A stretch of 64,000 bases of DNA from a virus (IMGVR_UViG_2840904412_000002:9071-73070); one strand, 5' to 3'; counted from the stretch's first letter, positions 10,880-21,098 are shown. Translations and numbers: made by a program. Notes: a model not told the origin generated them from the letters alone.

Positions 10880-11524
10880 ATGGAAATTAAATTGAATAAA
10901 GAAGAAAAGGGTTTGTTAGGTATTAAAACTAGAAATCATTTAGATAGTAGTAAACAACCTAAGAATGGTTGGAGAACAATTCCATTCAATGGATATTATG
11001 AGGCTCATCCTAGTGGGTTAATTAGAAATAAGTATAGTAAGAAACTTATTAAAGGTACTCAAACACGTAAATATAATAAGTTTACTAGCCAAGAGATTGT
11101 ATATCTATTAGTTCCTAAAAAAACAACTTATTCTAGAGCTAAAATTATTGCAAGTACCTTTCCAGAAAAGATTAGTCAGTCTAAAGGAGATTTAAGCAAT
11201 GGTTATGTTTGTTTTAAAGATGGGGATAGAACTAATTGTAATGTAAAAAACTTATTTATTGGTAAAGGGAAATTACGAAATGCTGTATATAAGGTAAATA
11301 ACTCCTTTATGACAAATAAGGACATTGTTAACTTCGTAAACAGTTTAACTAATGATAGTATTGGTAATAGTTTTAAACATATATTAGACAAAACTGAGTG
11401 TATTAGGGAAAGTAAAGACTATACTATTATTAAAAAAGGTAAAAGAATTAGTATTCTTAAGTCAGATAGCAGTTTATTTAGTTTTGTAGTAGAAAGAAAA
11501 CCAATTGAAAGAGGTAGAGTATAA
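10880..11524 (+). CDS. NUMOD4/HNH-like protein, probably degenerate
   Basis: WRTIPFNGYYEAHPSGLIRN and CFKDGDRTNCNVKNL (HNH His replaced). Confidence 0.55.
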   Translation: MEIKLNKEEKGLLGIKTRNHLDSSKQPKNGWRTIPFNGYYEAHPSGLIRNKYSKKLIKGTQTRKYNKFTSQEIVYLLVPKKTTYSRAKIIASTFPEKISQSKGDLSNGYVCFKDGDRTNCNVKNLFIGKGKLRNAVYKVNNSFMTNKDIVNFVNSLTNDSIGNSFKHILDKTECIRESKDYTIIKKGKRISILKSDSSLFSFVVERKPIERGRV

Positions 11525-11766
11525 TGGGAACTTTAATTTTAATTTTACAATGGATTGGTCTAATATTATTATTAGGAGTACTACAAATTTTTTCTATTAA
11601 GAGCGTGAATCGTATTGATGATATAAAATACTACTTATTATCTTGTTTTACATTCATTGTAATTTTCTTCCTAGTAGAAAGTATGGCAGGGTACACAGAA
11701 TATTTAATGTTTGTTATTTTATTTATCATTCTTATTAATACAATCCAAAGTAAGAAAGTAAAGTAA
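11524..11766 (+). CDS. membrane protein
   Basis: three hydrophobic segments. Confidence 0.6.
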   Translation: MGTLILILQWIGLILLLGVLQIFSIKSVNRIDDIKYYLLSCFTFIVIFFLVESMAGYTEYLMFVILFIILINTIQSKKVK

Positions 11767-11871
11767 GGATAGGTAAATGTAAAAAAGGTAAATAAAAAAA
11801 ACTTAGACTTAGGTACTTATATTAACCTAAGTCTTTTGTATAATTAAAGTATAGATAAGGAGGAATTAATT

Positions 11872-12300
11872 ATGTATGAACAAATCATTAATAAGTGGTT
11901 TAGGTTACTAGTTGATGGTATTCATAGATATGATGATACAATCCGTATTGAAGATATTTATAAGTTAGTAGAGGATATGGATTCTATGGATATAGTTAAT
12001 GCTTACTACATGAAAGGCAATACAGAGTATTGGGTAGCAGATTGGGCAGATAGTAAGAGTGAAACTAGCATTGAAAATATCTTAAAAAATAGAGGACTAG
12101 AGTATTCTTTTAAATCAGAACCAGAGTATAATGCTTACTTAGTTACCTTAAATAAAAACATAGTTAGAATAAAGGAATACTATGATATAATTATTTTAGA
12201 AATTCTAAAGGATAATAACATAGTAGAAACGATTACTATGAATGATTATAATAGAGTTTCTTTATACTTAGATACATTAATAAAGGAAAAGAAGAAGTAG
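11872..12300 (+). CDS. hypothetical early protein (resembles 19723 and 20047 ORFs)
   Basis: RBS AAGGAGG; 142 aa. Confidence 0.6.
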   Translation: MYEQIINKWFRLLVDGIHRYDDTIRIEDIYKLVEDMDSMDIVNAYYMKGNTEYWVADWADSKSETSIENILKNRGLEYSFKSEPEYNAYLVTLNKNIVRIKEYYDIIILEILKDNNIVETITMNDYNRVSLYLDTLIKEKKK

Positions 12301-12944
12301 AAAGATAGCTATAAGAATAGAATTTAGAACTATTGTAAAGAAAGTAATTAGAAATAAATAAGTGAATACATAGAGGTATAAGAGGGAGTAGAGAAGAAGT
12401 AAATATAGATACCTTATAAGCAATGTAAATAACTATACAATAGGTAATAGGTAATGTAATAGACAATAAGAACTATTAGGTAATATAAATAAGAAACAAA
12501 GAGAACTAATAGTAAATAACGTAAATAAGTATACAGTAGACAGTAACAATAAATAAGAAATAAGTAACAGTAAATAACAATGCAATAGACAAAGAAACGG
12601 ATAATATAAACCCCAGAACTTTTTCGTCCCTCTGCCTCGTCCTACTTAATGTAGTATCCGGTAATATTATATTTGAAATATAGATATTTATTATATTTTA
12701 ACTACTATATAATGATTACTATTCTAGACTTAATATATAGTAATATACTAGTTATCTACCTTAATGTATTAGTTATTTATACTAATCGGGTACTATCAAT
12801 GATTTACCCTACATTTATATAGTATTACTTATATATCTACTCTTATATGATTTCAGCTTCTTCAGTTTCAGTTCAATTTATTTACTCAAAGGTATTGCTA
12901 TTTAATGCTGTACATGTTATACTTTATATATACTAATAAAGGAA

Positions 12945-13319
12945 GTGGTAATTATGATTACAATTAAAGATATTATTGAGTTTGTTGAAGAGAACGGGGA
13001 GTATGAAAAATTGGAGTTCTTAACTGATATTTATAAGCATACTTATACCTATACTGTAGATAACTATACTGTTTATTATGTAACGATTGATAAGGTTTTT
13101 TCCTCTAACTTAGTCCTATATAAGAATGATGTAATGGTAAATAACTCCTATATCCATAGCAGAGCTTTCTGTGCTGACGTTGAGTTAGATAAGCTACTTA
13201 ATAAGTCTAATAGTGTACTTGAGGTTATTGACTACTATTATAATAAGCGTATGAAAGAAGTTTCTAAAGAGAATGAGAAGAAGCGGTTTTTAAATAAATT
13301 CATGAGTAGAGATAATTAA
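12945..13319 (+). CDS. hypothetical protein (paralog of 13338-13676)
   Basis: shared ITIKDIIEFVEENG...EVIDYY...KFM pattern. Confidence 0.6.
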   Translation: MVIMITIKDIIEFVEENGEYEKLEFLTDIYKHTYTYTVDNYTVYYVTIDKVFSSNLVLYKNDVMVNNSYIHSRAFCADVELDKLLNKSNSVLEVIDYYYNKRMKEVSKENEKKRFLNKFMSRDN

Positions 13320-13337
13320 TAAGGAGGATAATAAGTT

Positions 13338-13676
13338 ATGGTTAGTATTAGAGCTGTTATAAACTACATTGTAGCAAATGGAGTAGAAAGAGTTGAAGAA
13401 TCTAAGGTATCTCATATACTAGACTTGGGTAATGGTTATAGTATCGAATACATTATTCCCATTAGAATGGTCTATCATGAGGGTATTACTATACGTAAAA
13501 GAGGCTTTATTCAAGAGTTTAAAGGGGATGCTATTGATTATTTAAATGCTCAATTGAAGAAAGAAAATAACATTTACGAAGTCATTGACTTTTATGAGTC
13601 AGAGTCTATTAGAAAGGAATTTAATAGACAGTTAGAATTAGAGGAAGTAGAAAAATTTATGGGTAGACGAGAATAA
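13338..13676 (+). CDS. hypothetical protein (paralog of 12945-13319)
   Basis: VSIRAVINYIVANG...EVIDFY...KFM. Confidence 0.6.
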   Translation: MVSIRAVINYIVANGVERVEESKVSHILDLGNGYSIEYIIPIRMVYHEGITIRKRGFIQEFKGDAIDYLNAQLKKENNIYEVIDFYESESIRKEFNRQLELEEVEKFMGRRE

Positions 13677-13832
13677 AGTATTGTAACTATATTTACTCAA
13701 AGGTATTGCTATTTAATACCGTGCATGCTATAATGTATATAGTAGTAATGTTGGTATATATCTATGAGATATTGAAAGATGATATTGACAATCACATTAT
13801 TAATTATAGATAGTATAAAGGAGGAATTATAA

Positions 13833-14057
13833 ATGAATTATAAAGAAGTATTAGAGGTTATTAAAAATAATAAACCATGTAAGGTTAGATTTACTGGTAG
13901 TACTTTGTTCCTTGCTAATAAGGAATTTAATGTAGATACTGATAAAGGTATATTACAGATTGGTGTATCTAGTATTAATACAGACGACTATATTAAATTA
14001 CAGCGGTATTGTTTAGAAAGAGATGAGTATACCGTAGAAGGTGCTATTTTATTTTAA
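13833..14057 (+). CDS. hypothetical protein
   Basis: RBS AAGGAGG. Confidence 0.6.
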   Translation: MNYKEVLEVIKNNKPCKVRFTGSTLFLANKEFNVDTDKGILQIGVSSINTDDYIKLQRYCLERDEYTVEGAILF

Positions 14058-14069
14058 GGAGGTATATGT

Positions 14070-14270
14070 ATGGATTATAGAGATTTTATTACTGATTGTA
14101 TTAGTGGTGGTTATAGTGTGTATATTAAAGTTACTGATAATAGAGTTCATGTTATTTCAGAAATGGAATCAGTATCCTATCCAAAGAAAGAAATTAATTT
14201 ATATAACTTAAAATCTTACGTTTATTATATGAGTAACTTTGGAAGTCCTATTACAATGGAGGGATTATAA
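14070..14270 (+). CDS. hypothetical protein
   Basis: RBS AAGGAGG. Confidence 0.6.
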   Translation: MDYRDFITDCISGGYSVYIKVTDNRVHVISEMESVSYPKKEINLYNLKSYVYYMSNFGSPITMEGL

Positions 14271-14656
14271 TGAATAGGGTTAAACTATTAAAATTAATAG
14301 AGAATATGGCAGATATAAATAATATTGAAATTACAAGTGTAAACTTTTATCCAGAAGCACTAGATATTAACAATAAAGCTAAGATTTGTATGGGTAGTAA
14401 TTATGTAGTTCATAAAGTAAATGAGGGCGGTGGTAAAAGATGCTTTACTGTAGGTGAGATGTTAGATGAAGTTTTAGAGTTACTTAAACCTTCTTTTAGC
14501 AAGGGTGATTATATCACTAAAGGGGCACAATCCGGATTACTTATTAAGATAGGAGTAGATTCTTACAATATTCTAAATGATGACAATGAAACTATCTATT
14601 ATTATCCCATCTCGTTAAAAGAGTTAGAATATATGGGATGGAGAAAGAGGGATTAG
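14270..14656 (+). CDS. hypothetical protein
   Basis: TAATG coupling. Confidence 0.6.
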   Translation: MNRVKLLKLIENMADINNIEITSVNFYPEALDINNKAKICMGSNYVVHKVNEGGGKRCFTVGEMLDEVLELLKPSFSKGDYITKGAQSGLLIKIGVDSYNILNDDNETIYYYPISLKELEYMGWRKRD

Positions 14657-14658
14657 CT

Positions 14659-14973
14659 ATGATAAGTTCAAGTCATGCTAAGTACCTATCAGAGATGTAT
14701 AAAAATAGTGTACATCATGAAACTATAGATAGTATTGTAGAAGATGTATTAGATAATATTAATGATGGTATTATTGAAGAAGCTATGAGAGGGAATACAA
14801 GTTATCAATATGTTCTTAGGGATTTAAGAGTAGATAATGAAGTAGAAGATAGAGTTATAGAAGAACTTACTATCTCAGGGTATAGTGTAAACTATGTTAG
14901 TAATAGCACAGAGTATCCTTTTATATCCATAGATAATTTAGCAGGACTAGATTACTTAGAGATTAAATGGTAA
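14659..14973 (+). CDS. hypothetical acidic protein
   Basis: start after RBS GAGGG. Confidence 0.55.
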   Translation: MISSSHAKYLSEMYKNSVHHETIDSIVEDVLDNINDGIIEEAMRGNTSYQYVLRDLRVDNEVEDRVIEELTISGYSVNYVSNSTEYPFISIDNLAGLDYLEIKW

Positions 14974-15295
14974 AATAAAGGGTTACTCTATGGTGTTACA
15001 TTAGAATGATTCTAATCTAGGATTTTAATCTTTAAACCCTAGGAAAAGTAGTACTAAAATATAGAATCCCTTAGGTATGGGATTCTTATTTTCAAATTTA
15101 TGAAAAAGTATATAGTATCTCCTAGAGGAAAGTTTTAATGTACTTAAAATAGCCAATTACTTATTATCATTTAGGGGTATCTAATTGATAATATTGAAAG
15201 ATACCCGCTTCTAGTACAAATATACGAACAATAAATAAATTTACTATATACAGTATTTGATACACTTAATATGTACTTATAAGGAGGTGGGTATT

Positions 15296-15691
15296 ATGCT
15301 TACTAGAAGAAGGGTAAAAGATATTCAAAATAATATTAAAGAAAAAATAAACGTAGGACATAGTATAGAGTTAAAGGAAGAACAAGAACATTATAGAAGA
15401 TTGAATACTGATACTTATACCATACATGAATTAGATAAGATTATAGAAGAGCATTTAAATAATCTAGAAGATATATCTGTAAATGATTTGAGGATAGATT
15501 CTATTTGGTTAGGTACTATTGGTATATACTATTACCCAATCGGTCAAAGTATGCAAGAGCAGATATATAGTATAAGAGAACTTAAATATATGAAAAAAAA
15601 ATTTAAGAAACTAGGATTTAAAGCACAAATATCAAATAGCGATGTGGGATTCACACCTTACATTTATTTAAGATTAATATGGTATATATAA
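15296..15691 (+). CDS. hypothetical protein
   Basis: RBS AAGGAGG before ATG at 15296. Confidence 0.6.
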   Translation: MLTRRRVKDIQNNIKEKINVGHSIELKEEQEHYRRLNTDTYTIHELDKIIEEHLNNLEDISVNDLRIDSIWLGTIGIYYYPIGQSMQEQIYSIRELKYMKKKFKKLGFKAQISNSDVGFTPYIYLRLIWYI

Positions 15692-16098
15692 GGAGGTATA
15701 TTAGGAGTCTATATAAATAGGTGTAGGAAGCGGGTATTTCCTATTTTTTCCTTGACATTCATTATGGTTTATTATATATTAGTATATAAGGAGGAATTAA
15801 TTATGAAATTAAAAAAAGAACCACAAAATATAGATAGATAAGTAGACTTATAACCGCTTCTGTTGTTGAAGCGGTTTTATTATACTCTATTATAGTCTAA
15901 TTCTTTCATATTTAACGTATACAGGGTTTTAAATGTATCTAGGTATATTTATACCAAAAAGTACTATCGTTTGTTATACGCCGTCTATGAAGCATATAGA
16001 GGGTATTATATTTCATTAAGTGTAGTGTCAGCTTTCAGGATAATTTTCTTTTCTAGGTAGGTTTATACCTAAAAAGTATTCTTGTTGGGTGACTTATT

Positions 16099-16128
16099 TA
16101 TACATATAGTATATATACTATATGTATA
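16099..16128. repeat. perfect 30-bp palindrome
   Basis: TATACATATAGTATA|TATACTATATGTATA. Confidence 0.85.
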
Positions 16129-16263
16129 CTTTTATAATTTTTTTATTCCATGTAACTCCTATTAGTTACAGAGTTGTAGAGTAAATAATTGAAAATAGTG
16201 ATTGACATTATATAAGGTATGGTCTATAATCAGTAATAGTAGTTATTACTGTATAATATTGGA

Positions 16264-16461
16264 GTGTTGGTTATGGTTAGTAGTATTATAGGACTTATTT
16301 TAGTAGGGATAATTAGCGTAGGTTTAGTAAGTGTGCTACTGTTTATGTGGTATGTAGCAATTTATACTAAAGATAAAGTATTACTTTCGGTTGCTATATT
16401 ACTAACAGTTATTCTTGGATTAATTGGTATAGGTTCTGTACTCAATTACTTTGGATTATAG
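16264..16461 (+). CDS. small membrane protein
   Basis: two TM helices; TTGACA/TATAAT promoter upstream. Confidence 0.6.
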   Translation: MLVMVSSIIGLILVGIISVGLVSVLLFMWYVAIYTKDKVLLSVAILLTVILGLIGIGSVLNYFGL

Positions 16462-16472
16462 GAGGTGAGACT

Positions 16473-16706
16473 GTGGTTATATTTATATTGCATATTATTA
16501 CGATTATTATCCTAGTAGTATGTTTTTGGGTACTTCTTTCTTCTAGTAGTCCTTTACATTTCTTAGCATCTGTATTTGTGTATATTACTATTATCAATAT
16601 AGTAGGTATGTTAGATATAAGTAAGTATATTTTAAATGTAATAGGATTCTTCATAATGGCTGTTGGGTTATTGATTCTTTTAATGAGAACAAGGATATAT
16701 AGGTAG
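16473..16706 (+). CDS. small membrane protein
   Basis: three TM helices, RBS AGGAGG. Confidence 0.6.
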   Translation: MVIFILHIITIIILVVCFWVLLSSSSPLHFLASVFVYITIINIVGMLDISKYILNVIGFFIMAVGLLILLMRTRIYR

Positions 16707-16855
16707 TATTTATCCTAGAAAGTAGAATGAGTGTCAGAAGCGGAGTTTATAAGAGCTGAGGAGGTATGTAAGTAGGAAGCGGTTAAGTATTTCCGCTTCT
16801 TTTTTGTTGACAGAGGTTAGGGTAAGTAGTATAATGTATGTAGAGGTGATAAGGT

Positions 16856-17092
16856 ATGAAAGTAATAATTAAAGATGTAGAGCTAAGTGAAAATTGTATT
16901 GTGTTTAATTCTGTTATTGATGACTTTGGTATCATAATTAACCATGATTATGGGTATAATGTACTATGCATTAATAGAGATGAGTCATCGTATGATGATG
17001 TAGGAGAAAACTACCTTGTGTATAGTAACCCACTAACTATTGGTGAACTCAATCGTGATAATAAATCAGTACCTAGTATTTCAATAGTATAA
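16856..17092 (+). CDS. hypothetical protein
   Basis: consensus promoter, RBS GAGGTG. Confidence 0.55.
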   Translation: MKVIIKDVELSENCIVFNSVIDDFGIIINHDYGYNVLCINRDESSYDDVGENYLVYSNPLTIGELNRDNKSVPSISIV

Positions 17093-17170
17093 GAAAAATT
17101 TATCACTTATTATAAGAAATAACTATCACATTAACTTGACATATGAGTAAAAGTATGTTACATTATATAT

Positions 17171-17560
17171 GTAAGGAAAATAGAATAAAGACCTGAAGAG
17201 GATATGTGCAGTCAGTAGCATATCGGAATAGGGACAATTGATGAGGTGGTAGTGAGCCTCGAGCAACTGACATGAAACTCACAGGGCGGGTATAAGATTG
17301 CAATGCTTATACTTTGTAGTAATAGATACACTATTACTTCTACCATAGTTGGTGATGGCTACCAGTGCAACAAAGGTCAGGGTGGACTCATAGATTCTTA
17401 GAATCGGGGTAGCATTTACCTATTAAGTTAGGTTACACGGATATGAGTGTGTGTAAAGATGTTAACAAAATGATACTAAACCAAGCCTATACTGAAAAAG
17501 TATAGATTAAATTCTCTAGTATTAATAGTATACTTGTTATACTAGGGGGTTTAATCTACC
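17171..17560 (+). ncRNA. candidate large structured ncRNA (~390 nt)
   Basis: promoter TTGACA(17136)-17-TGnTACATT; no ORF; GC-enriched; many stems; ends in long hairpin TAGATTAAATTCTCTAGTA...TACTAGGGGGTTTAATCTA. Confidence 0.6.
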
Positions 17561-17842
17561 CAGAACCTTCCTGAAATATACTATATACTATTATTAATAA
17601 TAAACTTCTTTATAATACTACTAATTACTTCTCACTTATATATATATATATATTACTTACCTTTATATACTTCTTATACAACTTCTTTATAATAACTTAT
17701 TTCTTATACAATACCAACCATACTATACAGAATTACTTATAACTATACACTATACTATTATACTTAAGGATAAGTATATACTTTTTTAAGCATAATAAAT
17801 ACCGCTTCTAGTAATTAACTATTGAAGCGGTTAATGAGACTT

Positions 17843-18568
17843 CTATTCTATTTCATAATAATAGTAATATAAAGAATAGCAAAATTGTCCTTTATGGTTA
17901 CCTAGTACTACTATAAGTTTTTTATCTACATTAATTTCACGTAGTAAGTATGACTCTATTCCTGCAGATATGCTATCTACATCTTCAGAGAAACCTTCCA
18001 TAATAATAAACTCATCAGCACGTATTCCTCCTAAATATCCGTCTTTCTTTTTTATAGTAAAATTATTCATAGGATGAAAATCTAATAGTACATCTAAATC
18101 TTTTAGGTTATTGCGCATTGTGTATTCATAACTTTTAGATAATACTTCTTCAATATTGTTCTCATTAAGTTCTACATTTAGTATATTAATAGATTCTTTA
18201 TTTAATCTATCAATAAATGTAAGTTTACCTTGTTCTATTAAAGGCATATATAGTTTGTTATTCCTAATAGAATGTAAGCTGAACCTATTCATAGCATCCA
18301 TAGGTATATCTGTTGTAACAAATACATCATTGTATACGTGACTTTTTACTGCACTTTCATATATAAATTGGTCTCTGGTACCACTATATTTATCTGGTGA
18401 TTCATTACCTACGTGTAAATACATTTTATACTGTGGTAAATGAAAACTAGGACTAGAATAATAAGACTTTCCATTTATTTTTACTTGCTTCCTTCTGGGA
18501 TATTGATAAACGATATTCTTAGCTTCAAAAAACTTTTCCCATTCTAATTCTTTCTCTTTTTTATTCAT
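17843..18568 (-). CDS. hypothetical protein with degenerate PD-(D/E)XK-like N-terminus
   Basis: RBS GAAAGGAG before ATG at 18568; ELEWEKFF...YSSPSFHLP...YLHVG. Confidence 0.55.
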   Translation of the reverse strand: MNKKEKELEWEKFFEAKNIVYQYPRRKQVKINGKSYYSSPSFHLPQYKMYLHVGNESPDKYSGTRDQFIYESAVKSHVYNDVFVTTDIPMDAMNRFSLHSIRNNKLYMPLIEQGKLTFIDRLNKESINILNVELNENNIEEVLSKSYEYTMRNNLKDLDVLLDFHPMNNFTIKKKDGYLGGIRADEFIIMEGFSEDVDSISAGIESYLLREINVDKKLIVVLGNHKGQFCYSLYYYYYEIE

Positions 18569-18727
18569 AAAACTACTCCTTTCTAATAGAAGTGTACCAA
18601 ACAATAAGATATTTGTCAATACTCTTTCCCGCTTCTATATAATTATTGAAGGCTATGTCACGAAACTAGACTTTCCTATACAGTTATAGTATACTAGTAA
18701 TAGGTAATTAATAGGAAGGAGAGGGTT

Positions 18728-18997
18728 ATTATCATAATAGATAGTAGTCATTTATCAGATGTACATTTTATAGTTAAAGGTAATACAATAAAAACTAAAG
18801 CACTAATTACAGATAATCATGTTTCTTATGCTTTAGTAGAAGATACAAATCATTTTGATACTGATATGTTCAAGTATGTATTTACATTAGAAGAACCTGA
18901 ATCAACGATTGTATATCTCAATAACCAGAAGATAGGGCATACAAAAGAAGATTTATTCAAATTTTCTTATGATTATCTTAAACAATACTTGTTATAA
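18728..18997 (+). CDS. 89-aa ORF with non-canonical (ATT/ATC) start, absent from ORF track
   Basis: promoter TAGACT-17-TATACT, RBS GGAAGGAGAGG, open frame to TAA at 18995-18997. Confidence 0.5.
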   Translation: MIIIDSSHLSDVHFIVKGNTIKTKALITDNHVSYALVEDTNHFDTDMFKYVFTLEEPESTIVYLNNQKIGHTKEDLFKFSYDYLKQYLL

Positions 18998-19228
18998 CTA
19001 TTGACAAAACTTTTCCTGATACACAATTGAGAATAGAATGATAATACGTTTCGGACGACAGGTATATAATACATTGTAGATTACTTCTGTCGTCCGAAAG
19101 CCAAAAAGGAGTAAAATTAGTGTATGTCACGAAAAAACGATTTTCAATTAATTACTCTTTATCTATTGACACTCATTCCTTTATACCTTATAATTAAACT
19201 ATAATCAAATAAAGGGAGAAGATAACTT

Positions 19229-19525
19229 ATGGAATTATTAAATAGAATTGAACAAGAAGGTTTTGAAATTGAACATATTGAAGACGGGGAATATCTTATT
19301 AAAGATATTAATGGTAAGGAAGCGGTACTTACGATGGCAGATGGATATGCTATTGTCACCAATAACGAGGGGCTAGAAACTCATATCTATGATAGTAAAC
19401 CTTCATTAATTATCAGTGAGTTATTAGATGCTATGAACTATGACTTTGAAAAAGAACAGAAGAAAAAACAATTAGCCAAAGCAAGAAAAAATAAGTTTGA
19501 TGATTTATTAGAACACTTTGATTAA
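19229..19525 (+). CDS. early (terminal-repeat-type) protein
   Basis: TTGACA/TATAAT promoter, RBS AGGGAG. Confidence 0.65.
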   Translation: MELLNRIEQEGFEIEHIEDGEYLIKDINGKEAVLTMADGYAIVTNNEGLETHIYDSKPSLIISELLDAMNYDFEKEQKKKQLAKARKNKFDDLLEHFD

Positions 19526-19722
19526 TAGAATCAATTTTAAACATATCAGTTAAGATAGGCTCTTGAGCTGACGCTAAGGAATTTTTCTCTAAGGGGTTTT
19601 ATCCTAAAACACATTAAGTTGTAGAAACTCTAAGTAGACAAGTATAAATTTGGTATAAGAAGCGGAATGTATTTAGGGTAAAACTATAAGTTCCGCTTCT
19701 ACTATAAAAAGGAGATGTTATA

Positions 19723-19926
19723 ATGAATATTCAAGAGGCAAAGGATAAGTTATTTGAATTATTTTTATTAGACTTAAAGGATTATGATAATAATTTACTT
19801 GAGGACGATTTATGTAAGTTAGTTGATGATATGGAAGGATTGTTTGATACACAAAACCTTAGATATACTGATAGACATGGAACCGTTTTGTTTATTGAGG
19901 ACTGGTTAGAGGGTGTAGAACCATAG
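19723..19926 (+). CDS. early acidic protein (paralog of 20047 N-terminus)
   Basis: MNIQEAKDKL vs MNKEQAKNKL. Confidence 0.6.
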   Translation: MNIQEAKDKLFELFLLDLKDYDNNLLEDDLCKLVDDMEGLFDTQNLRYTDRHGTVLFIEDWLEGVEP

Positions 19927-20046
19927 GATAAATCATTTACGATAACTTACCTTGAGATAAGTTGAGATACAGTAGGATGCAATAGCTTAGGATGTTAAGA
20001 TACCTAAGTATAAGTTTAATACTATTATTGAAAAGGAGGTTTCTAC

Positions 20047-20466
20047 ATGAATAAAGAGCAAGCAAAGAATAAGTTATACGATGAGTTACTTTATACAGTA
20101 CGTGAGTATGGAGGTACAGAAGCGGATTTATTAGAGCTTATTGATAGTTTTAGTTATTTAGACGGGTGGGCTCCGATATTCACGAGTCCAGAAAGAGAAC
20201 AACACTATTCAATTGAACAATTTCTTAAGGAACAAAAGCCTGTTTTAGAGAAATACTTAGATAATTTAGATATAGTATATAGTAAAGAAGTAATCAATGG
20301 TTATGTAATGTATAGGTTATTCAATGATGCCCTTATTATAAAACCAGATGAGGATAAGTATAATGTAAATATTAAAGTGGGGAATAGGGAGTTTATTACA
20401 CTTTCCTTATTATCCTTTACGGATATAACAGATATTATTATAGGTAATAAAGATAAATTTCAGTAA
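20047..20466 (+). CDS. early protein
   Basis: RBS AAGGAGG; terminator hairpin follows. Confidence 0.65.
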   Translation: MNKEQAKNKLYDELLYTVREYGGTEADLLELIDSFSYLDGWAPIFTSPEREQHYSIEQFLKEQKPVLEKYLDNLDIVYSKEVINGYVMYRLFNDALIIKPDEDKYNVNIKVGNREFITLSLLSFTDITDIIIGNKDKFQ

Positions 20467-20658
20467 GTATAATTTAAATCCCTAGAGTGAAATACCTCTA
20501 GGGTTATTTTTATTATTTGACTAAGTATAAACTAGCTTTCAGAAGTGAAAATAACTAAATACCAAAATGAGTAAGTAGCAGTTTTTGATTAAACCCAAAA
20601 ATGAGTAAGTAGAGATTAACCTTTCTACCCGAAAAAGATATTAGGTAATAGATTCCTA

Positions 20659-20673
20659 AATATTCTGACAATT
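20659..20673. promoter_or_regulatory. CodY-box-like site
   Basis: AATATTCTGACAATT, 2 mismatches to AATTTTCWGAAAATT, with overlapping weaker boxes. Confidence 0.45.
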
Positions 20674-20711
20674 TAGACAAAAGGGAGAGCGGTCACAATG
20701 ACCGCTTACAA

Positions 20712-20927
20712 TTAATTAATTTTTTTATATAACTCTGATAATTCTTTTTCTAATTTTTCAATTAGTTTTGTGTCATTATTTTCTTTTGCTCTTCTTAACT
20801 TCATTTCACGGATTTTAATGCATCCGCTTCCTGAAGTCAATTTTCTTTCTAGCTTGTTGTCGTTCAAGTGGTCTAGTTTGCTTTTGCGTCCGTCTAATGT
20901 TACCCCAAAGTTTTTTTCATTTTTCAT
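20712..20927 (-). CDS. small basic early protein (opposite strand)
   Basis: RBS AAGAGG, 71 aa. Confidence 0.55.
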   Translation of the reverse strand: MKNEKNFGVTLDGRKSKLDHLNDNKLERKLTSGSGCIKIREMKLRRAKENNDTKLIEKLEKELSELYKKIN

Positions 20928-21083
20928 AATTAATCAACCTCTTTTATATATTTTTTGTAGTGGTTTATTATCTCTTCTACACTTATAATGATAAAGCATA
21001 ACGGCAAAAAAGTAAAGCATTTTTTGGGTAAAATTTTACACTTTTAAATAGTCGGAATTGTTTTCATATTTAGAACAATTCAG

Positions 21084-21098
21084 AATTGTCTGAAAATT
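21084..21098. promoter_or_regulatory. CodY-box-like site
   Basis: AATTGTCTGAAAATT, 1 mismatch. Confidence 0.5.

Noticed and set aside
17188-17280. Hammerhead-like CUGAAGA followed by a stem
   Set aside because: The stem is followed by GGAAU rather than GAAA and no stem III/cleavage triplet could be built; kept only as part of the larger RNA candidate.
20686-20708. GAGCGG/CCGCTTA hairpin (also 24744) counted as Chi
   Set aside because: Mismatched to GAAGCGG; excluded from the count of 25.
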